From the NCBI GenBank assembly GCA_013265495.1, contig MU061578.1, positions 1,559,308 through 1,623,307 on the forward strand: 64,000 bases of DNA. The letters are read 5' to 3'. Numbering within the stretch: the first letter of the stretch is position 1; every line of letters begins with the position of its first letter. Source of the DNA: Vicugna vicugna (lineage: Eukaryota). Position numbers and translations under genes: made by a program. The notes beneath the pieces were generated by a model. It was given only the letters and a program-made list of their open reading frames with translations, did not search any database and was not told where the DNA came from. Below are positions 37,030 through 51,209 of the stretch, in pieces.

Positions 37030-37955
37030 AGCACCTCTCAAGATGCTTTATTTGATCCGTGTGTTTGTCCAACTGATATGACCTTTATCTGGCATTGGCC
37101 CACGTCCTCAGACTGGCCAGTGAGTGCACTGAATCCTTCTAGCTGCAGTGATTGGCAGAGATGTGGAGTTAGGCCTTAAACTGGGTCCTCGGAGCGGATG
37201 AGCATCAGCCCAGGACTTCTGAGGTTTGCTCTGTTTGTGTTGAGGGTGACACATCAGTACGTGCGGTGAATGGTGGTCGGTGTCCTCAGATAGAAACGTC
37301 CAGGTCCAAACCCCTGGTACTTGGGAATGTGTCCTTATTTGGGAAGGGGGGAGGTCTTTGCAGGCGTAGCTAAGGCTCTTGAGGTAAAATCACCCTGGAT
37401 TTTAGATGGGCCCTACATCTAAAGACTAGTGATCTGGTAAGAAAAAGGAGCTGGAGAAAGAGACCCAGAGAGAAAGTCATGTGACATCAGAAGAAGAGAT
37501 TGGAGTGATGCAGCCACAAGCCAAGGGTGGCTGGCCGTCACTAAAAGTTAAGATAGATGCATGGAAGGAACTCTTTGTCAGAGTCCCCAGAAGGAGCTCA
37601 CCCTACAAACACCTTGATTTCTGGCTTCTATACTTTTCTTGTTGCAAGCTCCCAGTTTGTGGGAGCTTGTTACAGCAGCTCCGGGAAACTCATACAATGG
37701 GTGTAAGTCTGGAGTTTCCGTGATCGATATGGATGGCCCTGAGAATAAAGCCAACAAAGCTGAAAGCAGTTCTGAGACGTGTAGAAACAGCTTCACGGGG
37801 ACATCCAAGGTCTAGGCACAGCCGAAAAGCCAGTCCCACCCTGAAACTCTTCGGTTTCATGAGCACAAATAAATCCTTCGTATCTTCCTTGCCTTTGTTC
37901 GAGCCAAGTTGAGTTAGAATTCTGCCTATTGCAACCTACAGAGTCCTAACGAAGC
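37030..37955 (+). mobile_element. Old MLT1 (J/K-like) LTR with an MLT1C-like LTR nested at about 37262-37695
   Basis: Inner element: gaatgtgtccttatttggga...tgttacagcagctccgggaaactcataca. Outer 3' end: aaataaatcc...ttgagttagaattctg...ttgcaacctacagagtcctaac. Confidence 0.7.
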
Positions 37956-38764
37956 AGAAAGCCATGCATCGAATGAGAAAAGAGGTCACCGGGGAACCGA
38001 CTGAACAGTAATTGCTGGAGTTTCACAAACTGGTCTGCAGAAAGAGGGTCCCACACCAAGCCCTCCCCGCTTTCACGTGAAGCTTAGCATCGACAGCTAT
38101 TTAAAGAGTCAAATCAGACTGGACATTTTTCCGTTATATCGAGATATGCCAGCCAGAGCGATGGGGCCGCCAACTCATTATCACAGAGTCTGGAATTTAA
38201 ATTAGAGTTGTGTTGCAACAACAGTATCAGACAGGCTGCCTCTCTGCTTAAGGGGAGACATCAGAAGATATTTTTCCTTCCCGGCCGAACACGCACGGGT
38301 CTCTAGCTAAGCGCCGTGCGTGTTAAGTGTCTGGAAGTTATTTTAATTGGTGTGCCACCCTGACCCTCTGGGAGCTCTTTACTGCCACCGTCCCCTGTTC
38401 TCCCCAGTTCCCCGGGAAATGATTAGGCTCCACGCCAGCCACCTTTTCAGCCCGGAACTCTGGACTATAAATAACCCTGATGCATTCTCGGTGTTGCGTC
38501 CTCACCCTATAACTCTGCTTTTGTGGATGGCTGTGCTCATGCCTCATCTAATGGGCGGACAACAGCAGAAGTAAACACAGGGTTCCGGGCAGGGAATTGA
38601 GGAGCAAGATGCAGCCGCACCCGGCACACAAAGCATCTCCAAGGACACAGCATTGGTGGCGTCTGCTGAATGTTTACCTTGAGCAGTCAGCTTTATAACA
38701 AGGTGGTGCTAGCTTTTTTTTTTTTTTTTAATCCCTTTCTGGTGCCAACACACCACATTCAAGC

Positions 38765-39180
38765 GTGGGGGTGAAGACAAAGATTCTGGAAGCATGTGCG
38801 TATGAATTTGAACCCCAATTCTGCCCTACCCTAGCCACGCATTCTGGGGCAAGTTATTTAACCTTCCTGCATTCTGATTCCCCCCTCTGCAAAATGAATA
38901 TCTTAACAGTACTTCCTCCAGAGGGTTGCATGAGTATTAAATGAAACAGTCCACATTAAATGCTTAGCGGTAACATAATAAACACTAGTTATTATGCTTG
39001 TGTGTTATGATTATTATGAACGTGGGACTCTGGACACATTACTCTAACCTTCCAGTGTTTCAGCATCTTCTTCCATAAATAATAAGAGTCTCTAACTCAT
39101 ACAGCTATGTGCATACCGAATGAGCTTACACGTGTTAAGTATTTGGAACAGCGTTCCAAGTAAACGTTCAGCTATCATTT
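38765..39180 (+). mobile_element. Two adjacent MIR fragments
   Basis: ggggcaagttatttaacc...tctgcaaaatg...gagggttgcatgagtattaaatga. Confidence 0.7.
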
Positions 39181-39639
39181 TATTTTTCTAAGGGATACAC
39201 ATAATCGCATTTAGTAATCATTAAGTATCACGATGGATAGGTCACGATGCACGATGCCTGGAGATAAGATGGAGAGTCAGACCTAAACCGTCCCTCTCCT
39301 TATGTCCACAAAAACACAGAAATATAGCACTGGGAACATAAACGTTCAAGATACAGTGGAAGAAAAGGAGTGAGTGGAAATCCCACCTCGGGTCGTAGAA
39401 AGCGTCACGAAAGTTGCTGCCTTTGAACTGAGTATTACATGATAACGAGGAAGCGTTTTTTCCAGGTGGATAGAAAAAACAAGGCAGGCGATCTTCTATA
39501 TGCACATACAAGACACCAGCCTGCACTAACGCACAGACTGGGGCGCAAACAGAGAACAGTTGTGGAAGGTTGTGTAGAAGCATGCTTGGAAGGCCACCTT
39601 CGTGCTTGAAAAGCTTTGTTTTTGCTGTTATAGCTGCCC

Positions 39640-39945
39640 TGACACTCTCCAGATCTCCCTGTGACTTTCTGTCCTTATCCAAATCCAGGTCACCTCCTCA
39701 GGAGACATTCCCGGATCTTCCTAAATAAAAGAGGACTCCATCACCCACCGTCCACTGCCAGGGCTTATTTCCTCCAGCCGAGACTGTATAACATATCGGT
39801 GCTGTGTCTATTTACACGTGGTCTGCCTTCCCTCCGTCAGACTGCAGGCTCTCTGAGGGTCAGACCTCGTCTGTGATGTGCACTCCCTGTCTGCCCCCTG
39901 CACACATGTGGGGTGTTGAACGAATGCTTTTGAATGAATGAGTGC
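39640..39945 (+). mobile_element. L2 3' end
   Basis: agactgcaggctctctgagggtcagacc...gaatgaatgagtg tail. Confidence 0.65.
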
Positions 39946-40244
39946 AAGAATGTTGTGACTCCTAGCTGGAGGTTCATGCCCTCAGTCTCCACCATCTAGG
40001 TAAAGGTGACTTTTTGAGGCTTCCCAAAAGGGAGGAAGCCCAGGATCCAATTCCTTCACATTTGGGACATTAATGGTTTCATGTGATCAGTTCCAAACTT
40101 GACTTTTCCCAGTGGCAGTTTATACAGAACCCTCTAGAGAGATGAGATCAAGATGGAGCTGCCCTTGTCAAAGGGTTGTGAGGACCCATCCCCCCATGGA
40201 GGACTCAAAACACCCCTTGGTTCTTAAGAACCCTGTTTGAAGAC

Positions 40245-40460
40245 CACTCGTGTACAAGCTTTTCCTGTTAAGGAGATGCAGATATCTTCAAAATCAGGCC
40301 ACACAGTCTCTGTTGCAAAACTCAACCCTGCAGTGAAGGGCAAAAGCAGCCACAGACAATATATTAATGAGTGGCCATGCCTGTGTTCCAATAAAACGTT
40401 GTTTGTATAGACAGACACAGGCCAGGTGTGGCCCGTGGGCAGTGGTTTGCCACCCCCTGG
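40245..40460 (-). mobile_element. MER58A-like hAT-Charlie MITE
   Basis: aaagcagccacagacaata...tgtgttccaataaaac...tggcccgtgggcagtggtttgccacccctg. Confidence 0.85.
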
Positions 40461-40739
40461 TATTAGATCATCGTAGAATTAATCAGAATAACGGCCTTAG
40501 CTATAATGCTTCCTCACTTTTCTTGGAAAAATCCTGCCTCTTGCAATGGAGAAAGAAAACTTACCGTAGTAATGCTTAGCACAACCACTCCGAAGTAACA
40601 AGAGTTCCTAAAGTCTGTGGCTAGTTAGCTGTGGTTATTATATGAAAGGCAACTTGAGATGCCTTCATTTGAATCAAATGTTAGAGGGAAAAAAGAATCA
40701 AATGTCAGGTCACATAGAAGATTTCGTAAAAAATCCAGT

Positions 40740-41440
40740 TATGGTAGATTCTGTGTACTCTTCCCCAAAATTCCTGTTCCCCTCTTTTTCCCAAGTGCAC
40801 AGCAAGACTACATTTCCCAGCATCCTTTGCAGAGGGTTTTTGCATGTGACTGGTTCTCAACAATGAAATGTGAGTGAAAAGTCTGTCAATTCTAGGCTGT
40901 GGCTATAATGTGATCTCCATGCTTTTTTAATCCCTTCCACCTATTGAGTGCAGATGCTGCTTCTGCTGCTGCTAATAATGATGATGAGGATGGTGATAAT
41001 GACAGTGATGTTGGTGATGATGGTGATGTTGGTGATGATGGTGATAATGATAAAGATAATGATGATGGTGATGATGGTGATGTCAGTGATAATGGTGATA
41101 ATAATGGTGATGATGGTGATCATGATGAAGATGATGATGGTGATAATGAAGGTGATGTTGGTGATGACAGTGATGTTGGTGATAATGGTAATAATGATGG
41201 TGATGATAATGATGATGGTGACCCTAGGGGAAGGCAGATCCACAAGATGGGTAGAACCTGGACCCCTGAATCACTTCAGGGAAGGAAGCCAGCTCCCTGA
41301 TCCAGCACACCAAACTTGGACTGAAAGAAAAAAAAAACCTGATGACTGAAAAAAAAAACCCCACTTCTATTGCAACTGAGTCATTTATCATTTCTGGGGC
41401 AGGGGACTCTACAGATGATAGAATATGGTTAACTAATAAA
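40740..41440 (+). mobile_element. Old MLT1 (I/J-like) LTR remnant containing a GAT expansion
   Basis: actacatttcccagcatcctttgc...catgtgactggttct...caatgaaatgtgag; agatccacaagatgg...cctggacccctgaatcac. Confidence 0.6.
40974..41221 (+). repeat. Degenerate (GAT/GGT/AAT)n trinucleotide repeat
   Basis: About 250 bp; it produces the low-complexity ORFs at 40941-41349. Confidence 0.95.
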
Positions 41441-42485
41441 CTAGTTAACAAATAAACTAATAAACTTTTTAAAATAATGCAGAATATGGGCAAAGATATG
41501 CTTTCATGATTGACTAAGCAGGTGCCCAAAGAGAAAAATAAAAGTATATGTAAAATGATACAAACTTTGCTTCTGCAAAAAAGCCTGACAATTTCCACAC
41601 AAAAGACTTTCTAGTTTGGGAACCAAGCTCTGCCCCGACCTGCTGCAGAGCCTTCCATATGGACAGCAGCCCGACATTCCTGATGGTGAAACTGGGCAGT
41701 GTCCTTGCCTCTAGAAAGATTCAAAATTAGGACTCAGCAAGGCAAGCTACAACGTCAGGGGACTGGTACCACTGGCTCACAAAGAGTTCCTGGAACTAAG
41801 GGAGGTTATGGGGGCCAGGTGGGGAGTCGCATCACCGAGGATTAGTGAGCAAGGGAATGCAGTTCCTCATGCCAAGCAGACTGTGCCTGTGAGAAGGGAA
41901 ATGTGGCTGAGCCCCGTCTACGTGCTGTTAATGGCAGTGCTGATTCGACAGACAAAAGCTATAAATAGAGACTTTGCAAAAAGGCGAAATGGGCATTTGC
42001 ATTGATATCCTCCTGGATCAGGAAAGGGTGATGGAAAGCACATAGTCATTTCATGGAAGAGGAGTTCTTTATTCTGAGGGAATGGTGGCCAGTCCCAGGG
42101 CTGCACTTCGCAGGAAGGATGACCTCAGTTGAGGAGATTTCTGAATTATTAGCAGGGACGAGTGACATTCCAGTTTAAACCCACTGGGGAACTCCCTGAA
42201 TAAAAAAAAACAGTTGTTAATCTTTGAATGGAGTAGAAAATGCTATTTGTAGAAGGAAAAAGAGCTGCTAACAAAATATCTGTTTTGTCAACGTGAACTG
42301 CATTTCACGTAACGAGTTTACATTAAGCAAAGGTACGGCTGTCTTCAGGGTACCATCCAAATGGCCCTCGGTCTGCAGCAGGGGGCTCGCAGACCCTGTT
42401 GTGCACCCCCATGGTTACTTCTTTGCCATCCCTAAGTAGCTGGACTGAGCAGCTGGGATCCAAGCATCTATATCTTTTAAATATC

Positions 42486-42830
42486 TGTTAATAGCATAAA
42501 GATCTGTTGAAGTCCTAATCCTCAGGACCTCAGAATGTGAAGCTATTAGATATAGGGTCAGTGCAGATGCAATCAGGGAAGAAGGGGGTCATACTCCAGT
42601 AGGGTGGGTCCCTAATCCAACATGGCTGGTCACCTCATGGAGACAGGGGCACAGGAGAACGCCACATGAAGACAGACACGGTGACTGAAAGGATACATCT
42701 AAGCCAAGGAACTTCAGAAACTGGCAGGAAACCACCAGAAGCTAGGAGAGAGGACAGATTCTTCTTTAGAGCCTCCAAAAGGAACCAAACCCTGCCAACA
42801 CCTTGACTTCGGAACACGTTTCCGCTGCTC
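42486..42830 (+). mobile_element. MLT1B-like LTR
   Basis: tgttgaagtcctaatcctcaggacctcagaatgtga...aaccaccagaagctaggagag...ccctgccaacaccttgactt. Confidence 0.8.
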
Positions 42831-43194
42831 AGCAGCCCCGCGACGCTCATATAATGTCCCACAAGTCATCGGTTTATCCTGTCCTGGTTAAAGCGGACCA
42901 GATCCAAACGATCAGTTCTACTTTTATTCTTTAAAAGCACCATCTCCTTCCTGGGTAGATGCCCACACGCTTCACACACACACAAAAAAACCCAGTGATG
43001 TTAATTCTTGGCACTCAGCGTGACACTTAAAGATCTCAGAAGGCAGGAAGCAGACCCAACACAGTGCTCAGAGAGAAGGTGTTCTTCTCAGCTTTGGTTT
43101 ATTCTACCCATGTAAAATACTCTTACCTATAGCAGGTGATTTGAAATGCATCAAAAGTGATCAGTATTTGGTTATTTACTTATTTATTTATATA

Positions 43195-43335
43195 TTTTTT
43201 TTATTTTTTAGGGGGGAGGTAGATAGGTTTATTTATTTATTTATGTATTCATTTATTTAAATTGAAGAACTGGGGATTGAACCCCGGCCCTAGAGCATGC
43301 TAAGCACAGCACTCCAGCACAGAGCTATATCCCCC
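43195..43335 (-). mobile_element. Vic-1-like SINE
   Basis: Reverse reads ggggatatagctc...gcttagcatgc...ggttcaatccccagt...ataaataaacctatctacctccccc. Confidence 0.85.
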
Positions 43336-43811
43336 AGCTCTTATTTTGCTATCTAGAAGGAATGGTTTCTGAATGATACACTCTATGGAAAATATTAAAT
43401 TACATAGGACACTCTGTGTTTCTGATGAATCCCCCAAATATTACATGTTCCTTATCAAATCCTCAAACAATAAACACATTTACAAGGTAGGGTGTGAAAG
43501 ACACTTCTAAACCCAATTCCCCAAGAAAAACTCTGGTTAGTAGTTGATGTACATTTTTGGAGTATGTGGGCCTACTTACCGTCACATGGTGCAATTAGAT
43601 TTCTGTCTCATTACGCTAAAAAATAATCCAGTATTCTGCAGTATTGGATAAACATGTCACATTTTATCTAGCAACCACTAGGACTGTGTTACAGAGTTGT
43701 CACTGCAGAATCAACAGCCCTTACATGGAAATCATATAATTGTTTATGTCTTTTTAGGGGGCGGTGGTTTAACCTACTACCACTCCACTTCCTAAAGAAG
43801 CTTCTCAGCTC

Positions 43812-44092
43812 TTTTTTTTTAAACTTTTTTTTTAATTGAGTTATAGTCATTTTACAATGTTGGGTCAAATTCCAGTGTAGAGCACAATTTTTCAGTTATA
43901 CATGAACCTACATATATTTACTATCACAGTTTTTTTCACTGTGAGCTGCCACAAGATCTTGAATATACTTTCCTGTGCTGTACAGTATAATCTTGTTTAT
44001 CTATTCTACATACGCCTGTCACTATCTAGAAATTTTGAACTCCCAGTCTGTCCCTTCCCACCGCCCCCGCCCCCGCCTTGGCAACCACATCT
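43812..44092 (-). mobile_element. Camelid-type L1 3' end
   Basis: T-tract then aattgagttatagtcattttacaatgttg...ttcctgtgctgtacagtataatcttg. Confidence 0.8.
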
Positions 44093-46490
44093 TTTGTGCC
44101 ATGCATTATTCCCTGGACTTTTCTGTGTGCTCTGAACTGGTCCCCACCGTGGGCTTTCCAAGGAAACTGCTCACCACCTTTCCGAAGTTGATCCTGGTAG
44201 CAAATTACTTTCCAAACTGAAAATCCTTTCACAAAGATGACAACCAAACATATGACACAGAGGAGAAACACGCGGCGGGGGAGCTTCTGGGAAGCGGATG
44301 CTGGCGGCTGCCTTGTGGGGGACCCACGCGGCAAGCGTCATGCCTATAGGTCAAGGCACAGGCACCGTGAGTGCCAACCATTCATCAGGCCTGACAGTTC
44401 CTGCATTGTGGGATTTATCATGTGAATTTCAAAACACACAGGGATGCTGAGACCAGCACCTGCCTCCAATCTCTTTGCTCAGAAATCGCATGGGGGCTTG
44501 GTCTGTCAAGCTGAGTTTTTGGTAATCTGAACCTTTGGTTTTAGGGAAACCTTCCTCCGATACAAACTCATATTTTAACCATCCAGGAAATTAACTGCGC
44601 CAGCCCCATGGACATTCCAACGGTCTTGTAAAAGTAGTTTCTGCTGTATGACAGTGTAGGACTGAAGCTTAGTTAAGCCAGTGGATTTCATTAGAGATTA
44701 ATACACACACATACAACACACACATCTGTGTGTATTTATTTAATACTTTTGAAAGCAGAAGCAGTATCTGTTCTGTTCAAAAACATGCACCTGGAGAAAA
44801 ATCCACTGTCCGGCATACAACTGTTACACAGTAAATACTTGTTCAGTGAACAAATGCAACGTTTCAGCCTTTGATGAAGATAATAAGGAAAGGCACGAAA
44901 GTGGGGGGGGGGAGTCATTTGAAAATTTGGGCCTGTCCCAGGAGAAAAGGCTGATTTCTAAGGACAGAAGACCATGAACATGAACTGTGTTTTAGTGCAG
45001 AAAGTAAGAAAATTCTCAAAACACAAAGGGATGGGGGCAGAAAGGGATACAGGAAGCCATGTGAAAGGGCTCCCAGTGGCCAAAGCTGGACCATCTGAAC
45101 AACAAATACTCCGAGATTATAACCTCAAATACAAAATAAGTAGATATGCATCCACACAGGTATACATAAATAATTGAACTTTAAAAAAGGGAGCGAAGAG
45201 AGGAAGGCTCTGAGTGACTCTGGGCAGTTTTCTGGAACAGTGGAGCATGATTATGAAAACCCAGGCTCACTGAGGCACCTTGGGTCCTGAAGGGGGAAGC
45301 TGATGTGTGAGTACCAGCCTCAAGAGTGGGCAAAGAGCTCGGACACACACCTGCAAGAAGCCAAAGATGGGCATCATTTTCAGGTAGATAAAAGCCAACA
45401 CAGCCCCTTATGACTCCCTCATTTTTTTCCTTTGCTTCTAAGGAATTACTAGTAAAATCTTATTTCTATCATACGTATACTTTGTTATAATTTGGCATTA
45501 AGTATGTCTGTGCTCTAGCTAAAGAGTAAGTAGATTCTGTACAAATGAGGACCATATATTATGGTCTGCCATGTATTATGATATATTATGAATGAAATGG
45601 GTATATTTAATAACCTATTTCTAAAAGAATCTCTTGGCAGTAATTTACGAGCAGTGTGTATGCCCAGAATAATTTTTTTCCTATTCCTCAAAGCAGGCGA
45701 CTTGAGAAACCATAGACATTTATGATGGTATTATTGTGATTGGGAGGAAATGGTGAGTGAGGTGACCTCTGGGTGCTCTGATTTATTAGCATGTCTTCCC
45801 ATACATGAGACCTGTCCAAATGAATCTATAAAAAGTATAATGTCAATGTTTCACTGGTCCAGATGAGCTTCTTCCATAATAGCGCAACACTTTCTTCTTT
45901 ATTAGGTACGACTTTAGTGTCATCAATGTAAAACCCAACTGGTTAAAATTGATCTTTAAGTGAAATTATTTCTCATTGGCCTCTCTGAAAATGTGAGGTC
46001 TTGATGAATAAAATCGTAATAAAATTTAAAAAATGAATAGTGGAAAGTAAAACCCTGATGCGCCCTCATCAGAATCATAATTTGTCTTCTGCAGCCCAAG
46101 GAGCTCCAGGCTTTGAGAACCGACATGGCGCCCATGAAGTTCACACCGAATCCCATCTGTCTCCATTCTTCTTTGGCTCCTATCTGGCAATTTTCCCCCT
46201 AATCACCACTGCTGGTGTTACAAAGGGATGGACTACATAGGGACGGGCCACTGTACGAGACTGGGTGAATCTCTGCACTGGGTACATTCATGGCAGAGTA
46301 TGTTTATCCACATGATCCAGCTAAAGTAACAAGCAAAGTTGTTTTTAAAAGAAGATGTCTTTTTTTTTTTTTTAAATCATCTTCACCATCAGCATCTCCG
46401 TCTTCAGGACCTGCTACACTAGCGTGCTGGCTACGATGCTAAGAACTTCACCTACATCTCCTCATTCAATCCCAAAACCACTCATTGAGG

Positions 46491-46977
46491 TGGCTGGGGG
46501 AGGTAGGATAATACCCACACCCCAAGGTGTCCACGTCATAATCCCCAGAACCCGTGAGGATGTTATGCTACGTGGCAAAGGGGGAATTAAAGTTGCAGAA
46601 GGAATTAGAGTTACTAGTAAGCTGACCTTGATATCAGGACGGCCCAGATGTGGACTCCCAGGAGGCCCTGAATGGGGAAGAGGGGAGCAGAACAGTGTCA
46701 CAGGGAGGCAATGTGAGAAAAACTTCTGTGGTCATTGCTGGCTGTGAAGAGGAATGGGGGCCACAAGCCAAGGAATGCAGGCAGCCTCCAGAAGTTGGAA
46801 AAGACAAGAAAATGGATTCTCCCCAAGAGCTTTCGGAAAGAAAAGCAGTCCTGATGTTAGCCCAGAGAGATGAATTTTAGACTCCTGCTCTTCAGAATTA
46901 TAAGATGATGAATTTTTGTCAAGCTGTATCACTATATTGGGGGTCATTTGTTACAGCAGCAATTGCAAACTAGTACA
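46491..46977 (+). mobile_element. MLT1D-like LTR, apparently inserted in a MIR
   Basis: gtccacgtcataatccccagaacccgtga...gccacaagccaaggaatgcaggcagcc...tttgttacagcagcaattgcaaactagtaca. Confidence 0.85.
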
Positions 46978-47659
46978 GGGGAGGATTATGGTGCCTATTT
47001 TGCAGATGAGAAAACTAATATGTCCCCCAAACAAACAAAACAAAGCAGTAGCAACGGCGCTCGCATTTAAACCAAATTTTTTTCTGGCTCCAAAACATAC
47101 ATTTTTAAAGACACTACATTGCATTACTTTGAAATAGCTCCCTTAATTTAGATACGCAGTATTGGTTCTAACACAGATCAGTTAAGAAAGTGAGCAGCAA
47201 TTGATGAAATAATATCTCTTGAACATCTATTGTTTCAGGCCATTTCTATACCTTGTCTTATTAAATTTCTCTCAAAATCCTGCACAGAGAAGATTATTGT
47301 TCAACTGAGAAGACAATATCCCTTAGGAAAGACGCAGCCCTCGCCCAGGCTTGCACGGTAAGGGGCAGAGCTGGGGGTTTTCGGTCCAGCTTGTTTCAGC
47401 TGTGCGTTGGTTCTTTTTCAGCACGTTGCCAATTCCAGAAGCAAGGATGCTTGTGGATGGAGATAACTGAGAAAGCTAAATGAGGACACAGGACCTCTTA
47501 AGTATGTTCCCCTCATCCTATGAGAAACAGTATTATTTTTGGTCTTTGCTGTTTCCAGTGCATTTTGGAACCATTTCCTGCATGCAAACCCCACAAAATT
47601 CTGAAATAAACATCTGTGACTTACGTGTGCACACACATGTACATAGGCAGACAAAACAT

Positions 47660-47782
47660 GAAGAGACAGAAAGACAGAGAAGGAGAGGGAAGGAGGGAGG
47701 GGTTTGGAGGGAAGGATGGAGACAGAGAGAGAAAGAGGAAGGAGGAGGGGAGAAGGGAAGGATGGAGAGAGAGAGAGAGAGA
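47660..47782 (+). repeat. GA-rich low-complexity tract
   Basis: Seen directly. Confidence 0.85.
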
Positions 47783-49964
47783 CCTAAATGTTTACCATGA
47801 TTGGGAAATGCTTATCTGATTATAAAAATATTTTTATTAAATGAATTACTACATACTAATGCTTACTTTTTCCAGGATCTGGATATCAAAGCTAAGACTT
47901 CCATTTTAACTGTAACAAACACAATTGGTTATTAATTTTTGTTGTAATTAAATAGAATTGCTTCTGGAAGATTCAAAGTCGGTTCCAACATCCTTTGGAT
48001 AGGTGCCCAAGGCTCCCTTAGTCAGATGGGTGCTGGACAGGCCACCTACAAATTCTCTGGGAGCCTGTTAAAAATCCAGAGTCCTGAGGTCCACCCTTAG
48101 GGATTATGATCCAGTAAGTCTGGAATGCAGGGACCTGAGATAGAAATAAAAATGGACAGCCTAGCTTTGCGATGTGGTACCCTAGCATTGGTGAGAGAAC
48201 AGTTTGCCTGGATGTGTGAATTCTGGGAGGAGAGGGCTTTCTCATGCACTGGTGTGCAAGGAATATATTAGAAGCCACACTTCACAGGATCCACATCTCG
48301 GGCTCTGGTTACCTCTCTGAGTCCCTGCCTATCTTTCTCCCCAACACTTGTATGTCTGTGTTACTAGAAATATACTTAGCGTTTTAAGATGCACAAGCAA
48401 GAACAAGAGATTCACTCCGATGACAAATCCATCGGATGACTGCATTTGGGCAAGATGCTGTCATTTCTGGTTTCCCTCTTCGGGGCTTACTGATGATTGT
48501 AAATTCAAAGCAGCTAGGAGGCTGAGAGCGCCACAAGGCAAGACCCAGTCCACGGTCTGTGCTGGATAATAACCATCAGTAAATAAAGCAGAAACCCAAA
48601 CCGTATGCACAGCAATGGGAGCAATGGCAGAGGGCTAACTGTCAGAGGTCACATTAGTTATGTTAGGAAAGTGAAATTGTGGGTGCTATTTTTCTCTATT
48701 TTTTTTTTTCCTAATTGTATGGGTTGACAGTATGATGAAACTATACATGCATTTTTTTCAAAAAGTCACCTGCTTATTTCTTTGGCAGTGCCATCCTTTT
48801 TAAGCACAGATTAAACGGCAAGAAAGAATCACGGAATCTTGGAATCACATAGCCTCCGCAAACCTTAGAGATCTTAGAATTTTTTATGTGTGTGTATATA
48901 ATAAAATACTTAAGGTGTTTTAAGCAACTCCAGAGTTCGTTATCATTTCCCTTCTACTTCCTAATTGGTTTGTACCACGAAAAATTAAAGGTCCTTTCTT
49001 ATATGACCGTAACGCTGTCATCACAAGTGACAAAACCAATAAGACTCATAGGGTTTTTAGAAATAAAAGCCATTTTAAAGATCATCTTGTCCTTAGGTAG
49101 TTTCCTGTCCATACTTCTTATTTTTTTTTTTTCCATAAGGCTTTCTGCTGAATCTGGAGTGCTCTCTCTAGAACAAGAAGGGAAGTTCAGCTAAATCTCA
49201 TGATTCGGTGGTTAGACCTCCGGGGAGCAGGGGAGAGGGTCAGTGTGGGCTGAAGCCCAACTGTTGACCCCCAGGATGCCGTGATGTTCTTGCAGAAAGG
49301 CTACGTGCAGGGGCGGGGAGTGTGTGTGAAGCTGGGAGGCCAGGCCAGGCCTCCTGGGGGAGCCTTCTCTCGTTTCGGTTCCACTGGCTTCTCTCCAAGG
49401 TGGTCAGGGACTCGCTGATGCATGGACAGCTCATATGTTCATCTGTGAACCACATCCACACTCACAATGAGCTGGAAATGCATTTCTCCTTGCTTCCACT
49501 CGCTGCTTTATCCCTTCTGCGGGTTTCTGTTGCTAACATTTCACGCTTAGAACATTGTCAAATTTTAGAACAAAAAGACAACAGCAGTCCACCCTCATAA
49601 TATGCAAATAAAATCACTGAGGCTCCGAGTGGTTAGGACTCGTGCCCAAATTCCTGTGACTAACGAGCAGTAAAACCAGAGCCAGATACTGGAAATCCTG
49701 ACTCAGGCCAGGGCCCTTCTTTCTCATCATCAGCACACACGAGAGAAAAAAGAAGCCTCACCATCTCATTCAGTTCATGAAGCATTTGCTTAGCCTCATA
49801 CTTTAGCCTCCATCCTAGTGGCAAAAGATAAACTAAAGGGCTGCAAATGGGAAATAACCATTGCTACTGCGGTCTGAGTTGAATGATTGTTTCCGTGGGA
49901 GAAGATCTAAGGGGTGGCCATGAGGAGATCTGAATCACAGCATTCCTTCGGGATAAAAATCACA

Positions 49965-50125
49965 CACCCTAATGTCCCGGGCCAAGCTAATGGCAGAACA
50001 CGGCGGTTTAAAGGGTCAAGTGGCTGCATGGGAATGTAGCCCCAAGTTGCCAGAACTTCTGATTTTTTTCAAGAGAGCCTGGAAATTGGATTCTTATATG
50101 AAACACCTCCATTTTTAATTTAAAT
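49965..50125. mobile_element. MER103C-like ancient DNA transposon fragment
   Basis: gttgccagaacttctgatttttttcaagagagcctggaaattggattcttatatgaaac. Confidence 0.6.
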
Positions 50126-50247
50126 TTTTAAAGGAATCGATGTAAAAAACTCCAGTCTGAAAGCCCCTGCTTCATGTGTGCGCACGCGCGCACACACACA
50201 CACACAACCTGTGCAATGACTGTATTGATTTAAGATCCTTGCTCTGA

Positions 50248-50445
50248 CAGTGAGACTTTCTCAACATTCATGCACGCTGGAATCATCTGGAGAGCTTTTA
50301 AAAAATGCCAGGGTTTCATTCAGCCCGACTCCAGACCAGATGATTCAGAGTCTCTCGGGGTGGATTCTGGACATTAGGACTGGTTACAGCCCCCTGGGGG
50401 ATTGTAATGATTGTAATCTGCAAGCAGGGTTAAGAACCACTGGCC
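50248..50445. mobile_element. MER5-like MITE
   Basis: ggaatcatctggagagcttttaaaaaatgcc...gggttaagaaccactg. Confidence 0.75.
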
Positions 50446-51209
50446 TCAAGGCAGAGTCGAGGGCCAGGATGTCATTCTACCCACCTCTTTCCCGTCAGTA
50501 AGGACATCTGGACTGTGATTGCTGGACATCGAGATGGCCCTAATTTTAGGGCTAACATCTGTGTAATGGGCTGCGTTTCTTGTCTCTTGTCCATTTCTGG
50601 GCATTTTATAGACAGACAGATGTGCCTTTAACTTCATTTGCCATGTGTCCCTTCCAGAAAGTTTTGATCCCAAACTTTGTGACTTATGACATCTCTGGGC
50701 TCTTCAGTGGAGTTTAAAAAGCTTCTTAACTTTGATCTCCTTTTCATCTCATAGCCTTGGGATTTCTCTCACCAAATATGATGCTTTGCCCAGCTGCCTT
50801 TGGTCATGTGAATTCGCAGTCTTGTCCTTGAAACACTGGGAGCCCCTGTTGGTTCTTGTGAGCCTTTAAAAGCTCCTGTCCTGGAACAACCTGATTCTGC
50901 CTCCACTCCTTGCTCTTTGTACACACACTCCCCTCCCCTCTCCATGCCAGCCTTTGGGAGACACCGAGATAACATCATTCTCTAGTCTCCATCCTAGAAT
51001 AAGGATGTGGCAGGTAGACTTTCTACAAGAACACCACAGCATCCTGGGGGTCAACAGTTGGGTTTCAGCACACACTGACCCTCTACCCCTGCTCCCCGGA
51101 GGTCTAACCACTGAATCATGAGATTTAGCTGAACTTTCCTTCTTGTTCTAGAGAGAGCACCCCAGATTCAGGCAAATAACAGTTTCCTGCTGCTCTTCTA
51201 AACCACTTA

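Noticed and set aside
40941..41349. Asp/Gly-rich, Met/Val-rich and Ile/Thr-rich ORFs
   Set aside because: These are different reading frames of one degenerate GAT repeat inside an MLT1 remnant.
43118..43140. Minus-strand AG|GTAAGA as a recursive splice site
   Set aside because: The upstream polypyrimidine tract is weak, and this motif is expected by chance in 60 kb.
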